Below are positions 30,186-39,006 of a DNA stretch of 64,000 bases, one piece after another. A program made the position numbers and the translations under genes. The stretch spans positions 34,579 to 98,578 of the IMG/VR virus record IMGVR_UViG_3300020202_000063. One strand, written 5' to 3'. Position 1 is the stretch's first letter; each line of letters starts with the position of its first letter. Under the pieces are notes generated by a model, which worked only from the letters and a program-made list of their open reading frames with translations, did not search any database and was not told the origin of the DNA. Source of the stretch: a virus.

Positions 30186-30665
30186 TTAATGGTCGCCAGC
30201 GGGACCGGCCCGGTATCCAATCGATTCGATTTTGTAAAGGTCGCCCTGAACATGCGTGATAGTCGATTCGACGGCGCAAAAAAATTGGATTGCGTCTTTT
30301 ATCTTTTCGACTGTTGTGCCAGCAGGCATTTCCGACAATTTCCTATAGCAATAGATTGGCGCTTTCCAATCATCCCGATTGCAAACCGAATCAAAAATTG
30401 GCCTCAATTCCTCGCGCTGTTTTTCCAATTTGTTTTTATAGGAAACGATTTCGATTTCGGGATTGAGCGCATTTTTCAGTTCGCGCATCCGGCTGATAAC
30501 GTCACCAGTCGCAATCCAATCTTTCCGCGACCCATCAGATTCGACGCCCGAAAACTTGGGCGAGTGCAAAAACGCAATAAACAAATCCAATTCGGACTCG
30601 GCATTCTTAAGCGCTTTTGAAAGCGCCGCGACTTCGTTTTCGAGTTGCTTAATATAGTTGCTCAT
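30186..30665 (-). CDS. Hypothetical early protein
   Basis: Palindrome-linked promoter. Confidence 0.65.
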   Translation of the reverse strand: MSNYIKQLENEVAALSKALKNAESELDLFIAFLHSPKFSGVESDGSRKDWIATGDVISRMRELKNALNPEIEIVSYKNKLEKQREELRPIFDSVCNRDDWKAPIYCYRKLSEMPAGTTVEKIKDAIQFFCAVESTITHVQGDLYKIESIGYRAGPAGDH

Positions 30666-30712
30666 GGCGAAAACACTATATCACAAAGCCGCGAGACTGT
30701 ATATGGGTAGAA

Positions 30713-30919
30713 TTACGTATTGTAAACGGGTTCGAATTTCGTTTTGTCTGGTAGATTTTTCAATGGGCGCAAACCATCGTGAGCGCGCGCATGATTATAA
30801 TCCCAAAGCGCATTTTCCTCTTTTGTTTCAAGTGTGCTTTCACGAGCATTCGTTTTGAATTCGCTCATGTCGCGCGTAGGCGGCACCGTTACTTTCCAAT
30901 ATTTAATTTCGGATTGCAT
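30713..30919 (-). CDS. Hypothetical protein
   Basis: Start MQSEIK; stop inside palindrome. Confidence 0.55.
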   Translation of the reverse strand: MQSEIKYWKVTVPPTRDMSEFKTNARESTLETKEENALWDYNHARAHDGLRPLKNLPDKTKFEPVYNT

Positions 30920-30920
30920 T

Positions 30921-31157
30921 TTAGTCGAGAAATGCGGGAAAGATTTCGCGGTCCGGTTCGCCCGTTTCGGGATAACACATGGCGCGGTCAATCAATTCCT
31001 CTTTTGCCGCTTCAATCTCCACCGGAGTCATCGCCCGATTCGTTTCAAAATTCGAAACAAACGGGATTCCATTTTCGAATGTGACGCGCGCCGAAACGAT
31101 TGCTTCGACAATATTTTCGCGACCGGATTCCAGATAGATTGTTTTGGTGAATTTCAT
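30921..31157 (-). CDS. Hypothetical protein (leaderless)
   Basis: ATG 6 nt after TATTCT. Confidence 0.65.
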   Translation of the reverse strand: MKFTKTIYLESGRENIVEAIVSARVTFENGIPFVSNFETNRAMTPVEIEAAKEELIDRAMCYPETGEPDREIFPAFLD

Positions 31158-31205
31158 GGCGGCAGAATAACAAAGATTGGAATGGATTACAATAGGGTGT
31201 TGACC

Positions 31206-31352
31206 CTATTTATATGTAATAATGCGCTTTTCTGAGTTGATTCGCGCGCTAAATCCAATCATATTGTCGAAAAACTTGAGCGCGACCCACGCCAGCAGGA
31301 CGCAGATAACGACCCATAAAACGAATTCGTAAAAGGATGGAAATTTGCGCAT
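31206..31352 (-). CDS. 48-aa membrane peptide (not in ORF track)
   Basis: MRKFPSFYEFVLWVVICVLLAWVALKFF...; TAG stop is the palindrome arm. Confidence 0.5.
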   Translation of the reverse strand: MRKFPSFYEFVLWVVICVLLAWVALKFFDNMIGFSARINSEKRIITYK

Positions 31353-31422
31353 GGGGAACGATTTGTTTCATGGCGCGACTAGAATACAATCTCTCGAATT
31401 GTATTACAATAGGGTGAAACCC

Positions 31423-31704
31423 TCAATTTACCAACATATCGACATAAAAACAACGACGATTGAATTCCATTACAGTCGCATCGAACAATGACGCAATCCG
31501 TTCCTGATTTGTCGTTTTCGTTTGAAGATAAACAGTTCCAAAGCCGCGCAGGGCGCTTTCCCGCTTTGACTCATTCGTCATAACGGATTTGTTTCCCATC
31601 GCCTCACGGAAACGCAACAGTTCCTCCATGAAATAACGTTCGGAAAAATCCGTTTCGTTTTGAATTACGCTACTTTGCATTTGGGTTTTGTTCTTGTGCT
31701 CCAT
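31423..31704 (-). CDS. Hypothetical protein
   Basis: Stop coincides with palindrome end. Confidence 0.55.
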   Translation of the reverse strand: MEHKNKTQMQSSVIQNETDFSERYFMEELLRFREAMGNKSVMTNESKRESALRGFGTVYLQTKTTNQERIASLFDATVMEFNRRCFYVDMLVN

Positions 31705-31922
31705 CGAGACCCCTTAAGGGAGTCCATTTTGTATTTTTCGATACACTTTGCGCAAATTTCGTGGCTTACCTCATATCCACAAGTCTCGAAATAGTCTGTA
31801 GCCGCTTGCTTATCCGCGCAGTAAAAGCAAACTACCGCCATTTTATCAGGGCGAATCTCGATAGTGGACTTAAAAACCATTTGGTTTATTTGGCGAATTT
31901 GGGATAGGGTTTTCCATCCCAA
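31665..31922 (-). CDS. Hypothetical zinc-finger-like protein
   Basis: CFYC..SHEICAKC; true start probably MVFKST. Confidence 0.5.
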   Translation of the reverse strand: MGWKTLSQIRQINQMVFKSTIEIRPDKMAVVCFYCADKQAATDYFETCGYEVSHEICAKCIEKYKMDSLKGSRWSTRTKPKCKVA

Positions 31923-32107
31923 TTTGTTTGATGGGGTAAAGCCGCGCGACCATATCTATTTAGATAATTCCGATTGGCTTTTCTATCCTGTTTGATTTTG
32001 TCTTTGCGGCGCTGTGGTCCACCAAAAGCGCCACAGTTCCCGCGTACCCGTGGTCGCACGAACAAACGAGAATAGGTCCACGGATTTGGGTCGTAAATCA
32101 CAGTCAT
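31886..32107 (-). CDS. Basic hypothetical protein
   Basis: ATGA-coupled ORF. Confidence 0.45.
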   Translation of the reverse strand: MTVIYDPNPWTYSRLFVRPRVRGNCGAFGGPQRRKDKIKQDRKANRNYLNRYGRAALPHQTNWDGKPYPKFAK

Positions 32108-32442
32108 GGCAGTAATAAAAGTAGATTGTTTTTCTTCTCAATATCCTGCATGAAACGGTGTGTCGCAACATCGCGCGCCAAACGGCGGCGCTCCATTGCG
32201 TTTAGAAGATGCGATGTGGTGGCGCTCGATTCCATTTCGATTTCTGGCTCAGTAATGGAAGGAGCAACGTCGCGAATCTCTTCGTCAACGATATTCGAAT
32301 CGTCAATTCGCGTACCGATGCGCGAAAGAACGATTTGTTTTTCCTTCTTATTTTCGACCGGACTGATGCGAAGCGCTGAAAGGTCTTTGCCTTGCAGCGC
32401 GGCCCAACGATTGCGAATCAGGGTAGAGGTGACATGAATCAT
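32104..32442 (-). CDS. Hypothetical protein
   Basis: Start MIHVTS 9 nt after -10 box. Confidence 0.55.
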   Translation of the reverse strand: MIHVTSTLIRNRWAALQGKDLSALRISPVENKKEKQIVLSRIGTRIDDSNIVDEEIRDVAPSITEPEIEMESSATTSHLLNAMERRRLARDVATHRFMQDIEKKNNLLLLLP

Positions 32443-32498
32443 GGCGTGCGAACAATAACATACCCCATTGTGCAATACAATAGGGTGTTATACTCATT

Positions 32499-32981
32499 TT
32501 ATACCGCAATGCGCGAATTGGGATATTTCGCTTCAATCCAATCTTTCGCCGATTTCAAATCCCAGCCGGTAATGGTGCGGAACTCCTTGATGGCACCAAG
32601 CTTATTTGTGTATGGATTACCAATGCGACTTTCGATATACCGCCTGATATCGTCCGTCGAAATGGAGACTGATTCCAGCGGCATCGGACCGCGCCGAACG
32701 AGAAAGAGCCGCAAGAGTTGATTGGCGCTCGCATCAGGAGAAGATTGCAAACGCAGCCGTTCACACTCGCGCGACATGCCAAGCAAATCCGCCCGCAGCC
32801 CACGCTCAGTCATTTCCAAATCCGAAATACGCTTGAGCAATTTCTGATTGGCTTCTTGCAAAAGTTCAATTGGAACAGATGCGTTAATCGAAACGGTTTC
32901 ACCCGGTCGAATGTTGTAGAAACGGCCAACGATAATCGCGGCTTCCGAAACGGTCAGAATGATGTTGCGCAGGATTTTCAT
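32499..32981 (-). CDS. Protein with C-terminal ribosomal L7/L12-like domain
   Basis: NKLGAIKEFRTITGWDLKSAKDWIE resembles bL12 KxxxIKxVRxxTGLGLKEAKDLVE. Confidence 0.7.
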   Translation of the reverse strand: MKILRNIILTVSEAAIIVGRFYNIRPGETVSINASVPIELLQEANQKLLKRISDLEMTERGLRADLLGMSRECERLRLQSSPDASANQLLRLFLVRRGPMPLESVSISTDDIRRYIESRIGNPYTNKLGAIKEFRTITGWDLKSAKDWIEAKYPNSRIAV

Positions 32982-33060
32982 AAAATCAGTTAGATTTGGT
33001 TAGAATTGAGTGGAAGAGACGAAAATATAACAGATTGGCGCAGAATTACAATAGGGTGAA

Positions 33061-33366
33061 TTACTTAATTTGGTCTGGATTGCACACGAGCGCATTGCCC
33101 GCAATCCAATCGGTCAACATGCCGCCCGCATCATGCAAGAGAGCCGTCGCAGTCTTGTTCATGGGAAGATTTTCCAATTTGCCTTCCTCATGAATGACCA
33201 TGATGCGACCATCCTTCAATTCGATTGTTTGGATAAAGCCGCCCACGGCGCTTTGCATTTCTTCCAAAGAAAAATCAGTTCCATTTGCCGGGACGACGCA
33301 GAGTGAAGATTTCTGATTGGGAAAAATCAGATAGGCGGCGGCACCTTGAGCGGATTTGTTTTTCAT
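33061..33366 (-). CDS. DUF3846-family protein
   Basis: LEEMQSAVGGFIQ..IHEEGKL..LPMN..AT..IAGNALV. Confidence 0.8.
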   Translation of the reverse strand: MKNKSAQGAAAYLIFPNQKSSLCVVPANGTDFSLEEMQSAVGGFIQTIELKDGRIMVIHEEGKLENLPMNKTATALLHDAGGMLTDWIAGNALVCNPDQIK

Positions 33367-33415
33367 GATGTCGAATATAACAGATAAAAGATTGAAATGG
33401 AATAGGGTGAATTAC

Positions 33416-33616
33416 TTATTTTTCGATTGCTCTCCACCAGATTAGACCATGCGTGCGACCATCAAAGCAGCCACCATCGTGATTTTCGCGCTTGGCTTGT
33501 CGGATGGCATCACGTTTAGTGCGCGCATAATATGAATTGAAATAACTCCAGTCGGCAGTGCGCCTACCAAATTGAGTTTTCACCTCCACGTCGAAAGTTT
33601 TTAAATCTGAATCCAT
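33416..33616 (-). CDS. Hypothetical protein
   Basis: Stop at palindrome end. Confidence 0.6.
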   Translation of the reverse strand: MDSDLKTFDVEVKTQFGRRTADWSYFNSYYARTKRDAIRQAKRENHDGGCFDGRTHGLIWWRAIEK

Positions 33617-33802
33617 TTAGTAAATGCGCGTGAGACCGTTGTGTGGAATGAATTCGTATTTCTTTTTCCCGTCGAGTGATTCAAGAGTGTAGATATCGGG
33701 CATGCCATCCTTCACCGCGCGCACGCCCACAACCCGCAGTTGCAGGAAGCCAACCTGAACCGTCTGTCCTACGGACCAGTTTTGTTTGGTGCGAGTAATC
33801 AT
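33617..33802 (-). CDS. Hypothetical protein (leaderless)
   Basis: ATG 6 nt after TATAGT. Confidence 0.65.
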   Translation of the reverse strand: MITRTKQNWSVGQTVQVGFLQLRVVGVRAVKDGMPDIYTLESLDGKKKYEFIPHNGLTRIY

Positions 33803-33850
33803 AAGAGAACTATAGCAGATGGCCCGTCGCTATGCAATAGGGTAAATACC

Positions 33851-33952
33851 TCAATTACAATGTTTCCACGATTCCCCTCGGGCAATTCTTCTAACCTGAC
33901 TGGCACCAATTCCAAATCTATTTATTAGGTCGCTTACAGAACCCGGCCCACG
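33851..33952 (-). pseudogene. Remnant C-terminal HTH of an HNH-type endonuclease
   Basis: Startless frame ..LINRFGIGASQVRRIARGESWKHCN*. Confidence 0.5.
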
Positions 33953-34860
33953 CTAGGTTTTCTCACTTTGTAAATTATTGCAATCCCTTTTGGTGGAGGA
34001 ATCGGTGGGATGAATTGCCATTGCCCCTTCATATTGACATACCGCTCATCTTTGTAAAAACGGATTGTTCCTGCGCGGCCCAAAAACTGTCTGGTTTTTC
34101 CTGAGCTATCGTGAGCCACCTCAACCTTCTCGCGATAGACGTGCGGCAGATAACGAACCGAATAGATTTTTTGCGTCGCTTTGATGTGTTTTGGGTGAAG
34201 ACCCGCCTCTTTCTTTTCGGCTTTCGTTGTGAGAAGCTTTGGACCTAGCTGTGGCACGCTCGCAAAAGCGAGAACTTTGACTGCCAGCATGGTCATATAC
34301 CGCATCATTTCAGCTTCGTCATTCTCCATTGTCTGGTCGAATTGAGTGAACGCATTCATATGTTCATTGTACTGCCCTTGAACATATTTCGGCCAAATCG
34401 AATCAGGAATTGAGAGAGTGAGTGTTGCGCCGTCCTTTGCATCAGCCGCAAAAACAACCCCAGCATCAGGCACAACCTCGCCATTTTCCATCAGTTGCCC
34501 TTTATCCACCCGTCCCACAAGCATGGCAGGCAAATCCGGGTCGGCAAAGCGAATCTCCATCGCACGCGCGGGAAATACAATCTTGTTTAATTCGCCCACA
34601 ACCTTCGTGATTTCCAAATCCAAAGACACACGATGGTCCACAATCAGGAGAACATTGCCGCTTAAAATCTGATTGGCTTTGATGTAATTGCCAACAGCGG
34701 TCGGCCCCTTTAAGTGTTCAGTGAGTCGTACCGTCTCCATCAAAACACCAATTGGTGCCTCGCGCAAATCAACCCCCTCATAAACCCAATTGATTTCTCG
34801 CCGCATATGCGGAAGATAGGCGGGGCGTTCAACTGAAACAATTTTGACTTTGTTATCCAT
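33934..34860 (-). CDS. Hypothetical early protein
   Basis: 308 aa; palindrome-linked promoter. Confidence 0.7.
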   Translation of the reverse strand: MDNKVKIVSVERPAYLPHMRREINWVYEGVDLREAPIGVLMETVRLTEHLKGPTAVGNYIKANQILSGNVLLIVDHRVSLDLEITKVVGELNKIVFPARAMEIRFADPDLPAMLVGRVDKGQLMENGEVVPDAGVVFAADAKDGATLTLSIPDSIWPKYVQGQYNEHMNAFTQFDQTMENDEAEMMRYMTMLAVKVLAFASVPQLGPKLLTTKAEKKEAGLHPKHIKATQKIYSVRYLPHVYREKVEVAHDSSGKTRQFLGRAGTIRFYKDERYVNMKGQWQFIPPIPPPKGIAIIYKVRKPSVGRVL

Positions 34861-34914
34861 TACGCGACTAGAATAACAGAATCGACGTTATATTACAATA
34901 GGGTGATTACCTCA

Positions 34915-34952
34915 AAAACAAAAGCCGCCCTAGTTTTTATAACCAGAGCGGC
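34915..34952 (-). terminator. Rho-independent terminator
   Basis: GCCGCTCTGGTT...AACTAGGGCGGC followed by TTTGTTTTT on minus strand. Confidence 0.65.
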
Positions 34953-34987
34953 CTTGCCATGTCATCGACCGTTACGCCGAATAATTT

Positions 34988-35464
34988 TTAGCTTGCTGCC
35001 GCGAGTGGTGCCGGGGCGTTTGCCTCGGGCATCGTGGTGACATTGGCAGGCGCAGCAGGTGCTTCCTGCTTTGCCGTGCGAGTGTTGACAAGGCCCGCTT
35101 TCTTCAGCCAATTGTGCAATGTCTGCGGATGGCAACGAAGTTCCGCGATGATTTGTGAACGCTGCTTGGTGCCATTACGAACCGCCTCGATAGCGGCATT
35201 GCGTTCCGCTTCAGAAAACTCCGTGCGCGGGCGCTTGTCGGCAGCGAGTGCGCCAAGCGTGCCCTTTTCGCGTTGGGCAATCAAAGCTCGCACGCCCGCG
35301 AGATTGTCAACGCCGAAAATCTTCGGCAGTTCGTCGATTTTCTTTCCAATCGTTTCATAATGTTCGCGCTCGGTCTTTTCGATTTCGGCGCGAGTCTCTG
35401 TCATTTCACGTTGCAAACGAGCAAGACGCTCGGCGGGGGTCTCTGACTTATTGGTTTTAGACAT
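34988..35464 (-). CDS. Coiled-coil + HTH DNA-binding protein (paralogue A)
   Basis: N-terminal coiled coil, ELPKIFG, C-terminal HTH ending HNWLKKAGLV. Confidence 0.7.
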   Translation of the reverse strand: MSKTNKSETPAERLARLQREMTETRAEIEKTEREHYETIGKKIDELPKIFGVDNLAGVRALIAQREKGTLGALAADKRPRTEFSEAERNAAIEAVRNGTKQRSQIIAELRCHPQTLHNWLKKAGLVNTRTAKQEAPAAPANVTTMPEANAPAPLAAAS

Positions 35465-35508
35465 AATGCTGGTTGAGTTGAAGTTCCTATTTCACTTACA
35501 ACCCTATA

Positions 35509-35670
35509 TTATTGTTTCGGATTGTCGAGTATTTTCTTATAGGGACTATTACCTATAAGCTTATTGATGGACCATTCCAAACGACGAAACTGCCAAGCAA
35601 GTGAGTTGCTATTATACTTGCGCTTCTTTGTCGGGACGCTAACACTCATTCTCTTTTTATTTGCGGCCAT
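35509..35670 (-). CDS. 53-aa basic protein (not in ORF track)
   Basis: MAANKKRMSVSVPTKKRKYNSNSLAWQFRRLEW... Confidence 0.45.
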   Translation of the reverse strand: MAANKKRMSVSVPTKKRKYNSNSLAWQFRRLEWSINKLIGNSPYKKILDNPKQ

Positions 35671-35708
35671 ATTATTTATGAGTTAAAACGACAAATGTTT
35701 TAAAAAAA

Positions 35709-36032
35709 TCTAGGGGCCGAATCGCACGGCCCTCACTTTTAATTTAGTACGTTCGCCGCTTGGTAGTGTCACACCCTGCGTATCGAACGGGGTTCTCGTC
35801 TCACTTCTTAATTCCTTGCTGCGTCCAGCCCGGTCAGTTCTAGAAACTAATCCCGCTTTGACGTAAAACCCAATTTCACTTTTCGTTTATATCCGGTAGC
35901 ATCTAATTGGAACTTCTCAGCCTAAAACGAAATGGTTTATCACCATCTCGCTCTGGTCCCACTTCAAACGTTTCCGTTTGATTATTGCCGTCAGGCAAAG
36001 GGATTGCGGCTCCATCCCGATTAACCACACCG
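35709..36032 (-). ncRNA. Candidate ~325-nt structured ncRNA with tRNA-like 3' domain
   Basis: No ORF; consecutive hairpins including GNRA loop; terminal GGGCCG-TGCGATT-CGGCCC T-arm stacked on TCTAG/CTAGA. Confidence 0.65.
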
Positions 36033-36057
36033 AAAATTTGAAAGAACAAAAATTAAT

Positions 36058-36186
36058 TTAGGCGGCTTTCTTTAGTCCGACATAATCGACATACACCTTG
36101 CCGTCACGCTTTCGAGCGGCGCGGCCCTTAAGCTGATGCCGATTCATTCCAGACTGTTTCCGCATTTTCTTACCAGTTGCATTCAT
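36058..36186 (-). CDS. 42-aa highly basic peptide (not in ORF track)
   Basis: MNATGKKMRKQSGMNRHQLKGRAARKRDGKVYVDYVGLKKAA downstream of palindrome promoter 36239. Confidence 0.6.
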   Translation of the reverse strand: MNATGKKMRKQSGMNRHQLKGRAARKRDGKVYVDYVGLKKAA

Positions 36187-36247
36187 GATGTTTTAAGTTG
36201 AGGTTGGAACTATATCAGAAAGCTCATTCGAAATGCAATACGTACTA

Positions 36248-36496
36248 TTACGTATTTTCTATCTCCGCCCTATACATTTCGATTGAATTGGGAAAGCGGG
36301 TCGCCAGCCAATTGAGACTGGTGCGGTCCGTCATTTCCCAATTGATTTCAGCTAATGGACATGGAGTGGAGTTATTATAGGAAAATGCCGTGCGATAGAT
36401 TTGGATAATCGTTAGTCGCTGTTCGGCACTTAGACCATTATTCCACCAGTTCAGAATATTTTTATTGCGGATGGCACGAGAGAGGGTCTGGGGCAT
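36248..36496 (-). CDS. Hypothetical protein
   Basis: TTGACG-N17-TACAGT promoter; start MPQTLS. Confidence 0.55.
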   Translation of the reverse strand: MPQTLSRAIRNKNILNWWNNGLSAEQRLTIIQIYRTAFSYNNSTPCPLAEINWEMTDRTSLNWLATRFPNSIEMYRAEIENT

Positions 36497-36555
36497 AGGG
36501 TGTGCACTGTAGGGAAATTTCCCATCCCCCGTCAAGCAATTTCTGATGCACCCGA

Positions 36556-36795
36556 TTAGAGTTTTACGTAATCGCCACCAACTAGCAATAATTCAATCTG
36601 ATTGCTTTTTAAGTTGCCCCGTCGCACCGTTTTGAACGCGAAAATCTTGCCAGTTTTTTTCCAATCTGGTTGATTGATGGCATCTTGCGCAAGGTACGTG
36701 CGACCCTTGAAAAAAGTGATGGCGCGGCTATCCCCAGTCGTCAGTCCTTGTGCAACTAGACTGCGACACATGCGAATTTTAAAATAACCATTCAT
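36556..36795 (-). CDS. Hypothetical protein
   Basis: ATGA-coupled ORF. Confidence 0.55.
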   Translation of the reverse strand: MNGYFKIRMCRSLVAQGLTTGDSRAITFFKGRTYLAQDAINQPDWKKTGKIFAFKTVRRGNLKSNQIELLLVGGDYVKL

Positions 36796-37100
36796 GACGT
36801 GACTATATCCTCCGGATGAAGTTTGTTATGATTTTCGGCGCTTGTCCTTGTATGTTTCGCCGCATTTAATAGCTGATTTGCCATACTCTCAGCCTCGTCG
36901 GGTGTCATTTCCAAAACCAATTTTTCATCGGGATGCCCCGTGCGATATGCGTCAATCCACATGGAAACACGCATGCGCAATTTGTCTGTTTCTTGACGGG
37001 TCAGCCACGCGCGGCTGATTCCCCCTCCCACCCTGAAACCACCAATACTATGGACGGGCGCATTGGAACGAGTCGGGTCTCGTGATAGTATGAATCTCAT
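36792..37100 (-). CDS. Hypothetical protein (leaderless)
   Basis: ATG 7 nt after TATACT. Confidence 0.65.
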   Translation of the reverse strand: MRFILSRDPTRSNAPVHSIGGFRVGGGISRAWLTRQETDKLRMRVSMWIDAYRTGHPDEKLVLEMTPDEAESMANQLLNAAKHTRTSAENHNKLHPEDIVTS

Positions 37101-37130
37101 AAAAAGGAGTATACTCGAATGCGGGCGCTA

Positions 37131-37970
37131 TTACAATAGGGACATTTCCTCAATTCGCTCGCTGCGGATAATCAAATCTTCTATTTCGTCATCAGTATAT
37201 CCACGGTCTTTCTGGAATTCAGCCTTCCAACTGATATCGCCATCACCATCCCGATAGATGGAAAATTCAATCCCTCTATAATGGTTTGCCTTTTCTTCGG
37301 CAGGATTGCGCTTGCAAAAAGTATTCCAAAAGCGAATGAAATTGTTAAGTACCTGATGATTATTGCAGTTATGCGGTACTAGCCTTTGCGCCATCCGAAA
37401 GCCATAGCGGTGCAAGTCTGCAATACGGCGGAAGGTGCAACTCTGCTTATATTCCAATCCAATTTCACAACTTTCTTTTTCGTGTTTACCGGGTTGGAAA
37501 GCGCGAACCCTTTTTGTGTACTCTTCCACCACCCATTCCAATTCGCAGTCGTCAACGGGCGCTTGCCTTGGAACACTGGAAACTAGGCGGTCGCCAAATT
37601 GCGTATATCCATCTTCAATCGCCTCTTGAACAAAACTGATTGTGGTGCCGATTACATCACTTCCATTCAGGTAATCCCTGATTTGCCGATTAATAATCCG
37701 TTCACGAATTCCCAACACGCTATAATAGTACCACATTGCACCCATCGCGGCCATTTCGCCGCCCACATTCATGGCTGCATCACCCCTGAAATACTTATCG
37801 GTATGTTCGTGGGCGTGCTCAAACACATCGTGGAAGATGCCAACCCCATCCCAAAAGGCATTAAACGAATTATGTTCGTTATAGGTTTCCTTGTGAGTCA
37901 AGCCCCATTCACCGTTGGCGTCATCCTGAAAGAAAACCAGATTGACTTTGCGAACTAGGTTTTTTGGCAT
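37131..37970 (-). CDS. Hypothetical protein, possible HxxxEH metal site (leaderless)
   Basis: FHDVFEH; ATG 6 nt after TATAGT. Confidence 0.7.
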   Translation of the reverse strand: MPKNLVRKVNLVFFQDDANGEWGLTHKETYNEHNSFNAFWDGVGIFHDVFEHAHEHTDKYFRGDAAMNVGGEMAAMGAMWYYYSVLGIRERIINRQIRDYLNGSDVIGTTISFVQEAIEDGYTQFGDRLVSSVPRQAPVDDCELEWVVEEYTKRVRAFQPGKHEKESCEIGLEYKQSCTFRRIADLHRYGFRMAQRLVPHNCNNHQVLNNFIRFWNTFCKRNPAEEKANHYRGIEFSIYRDGDGDISWKAEFQKDRGYTDDEIEDLIIRSERIEEMSLL

Positions 37971-38011
37971 GGCGCGACTATAACATAACGAGTCGCACTA
38001 TACAATAGGGA

Positions 38012-38212
38012 CTATTCCTTATTTACGGGTAGAACGGTCGCCGTCTTTTCATCCGTATCGATTTCGATATTGACGTATTCGCCATATTCGAAAAATTTTT
38101 CCAACGTCGCCTCCGCTTGTTTCATTTCCTTTTCATTGAGAGGTGAGCATAGTCCGTCACCGTGATAAACAGATTTATCCGGGTCTTTGAATGTGACGAT
38201 GTATTTTGGCAT
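38012..38212 (-). CDS. Hypothetical protein
   Basis: Start MPKYIV; stop inside palindrome. Confidence 0.6.
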   Translation of the reverse strand: MPKYIVTFKDPDKSVYHGDGLCSPLNEKEMKQAEATLEKFFEYGEYVNIEIDTDEKTATVLPVNKE

Positions 38213-38217
38213 GGCTG

Positions 38218-38508
38218 TTAAATTTTTTTCCAACCCATCATTGCACATTGATAAGCCGCCGCTTTGACCTCGGGAGCGCCCCAAACCATATCCACGTCAC
38301 CCATTTCGAGGATGATAACAATATCCCCTACCGACATGGAACGAAGATTCTCTTCTCGAATGAATTCGGTCCGGTCAACATGATTGCATTGACGAAAAAC
38401 AAATTCGAGAATATCTTTATCTGATTTGTTTTGCATCTCTTCGGTTAGCGGAAACACAAATAGATTATCCGAACCGAAAGCGAGGTATTGGATGATGACC
38501 TTTTTCAT
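38218..38508 (-). CDS. YodL-like domain protein (leaderless)
   Basis: LEFVFRQCN..RSMSVGDIVII..Y.C..GW. Confidence 0.6.
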   Translation of the reverse strand: MKKVIIQYLAFGSDNLFVFPLTEEMQNKSDKDILEFVFRQCNHVDRTEFIREENLRSMSVGDIVIILEMGDVDMVWGAPEVKAAAYQCAMMGWKKI

Positions 38509-38613
38509 GCCGCTACTATATCAGGTGCGCCATCGCAATACAATAGGGAGGATTACCTATTTTTAATTGCAGAAAGACTGCATAAGTTATGAACACCTTC
38601 ATAATATGAGATT

Positions 38614-39006
38614 ATGAAGTGTGTGAAGTGCAATCAGGATTTAATAGGAAAACAGACTAAGTTTTGTTCCGCTAAATGTAAAGCCAGTCAGCAAAACAAT
38701 TGTTATCCTAAACAGAAGATTCGAGCGTTCAAAAGAAAAGCAGAGGTGGTGACTCGATTAGGTGGAAAGTGCTCCGTTTGTGGTTATAACAAAAATTATG
38801 CCGTTTTAAACTTTCATCATACCGAACCTCAAAATAAACTGTTTAATTTAGACTCGCGCAAGCTATCCAATTCCTCTTGGGATAGGATAGAGTTAGAACT
38901 GCAAAAGGTAATCCTATTATGCGCCAATTGTCATATGGAAATACATCATCCCGATTCAGAAATAGTGGGCGGAGTGGGATTCGAACCCACGGTCCAAGAA
39001 TTATGA
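38614..39006 (+). CDS. HNH endonuclease
   Basis: CVKC..FCS..C zinc finger; GGKCSVCGY..FHH..LLCANCHMEIH. Confidence 0.85.
   Translation: MKCVKCNQDLIGKQTKFCSAKCKASQQNNCYPKQKIRAFKRKAEVVTRLGGKCSVCGYNKNYAVLNFHHTEPQNKLFNLDSRKLSNSSWDRIELELQKVILLCANCHMEIHHPDSEIVGGVGFEPTVQEL

Noticed and set aside
35709-36032. RNase P RNA, tmRNA or SRP RNA
   Set aside because: GAGGAAAGTCC, tmRNA termini and SRP domain IV motifs not found
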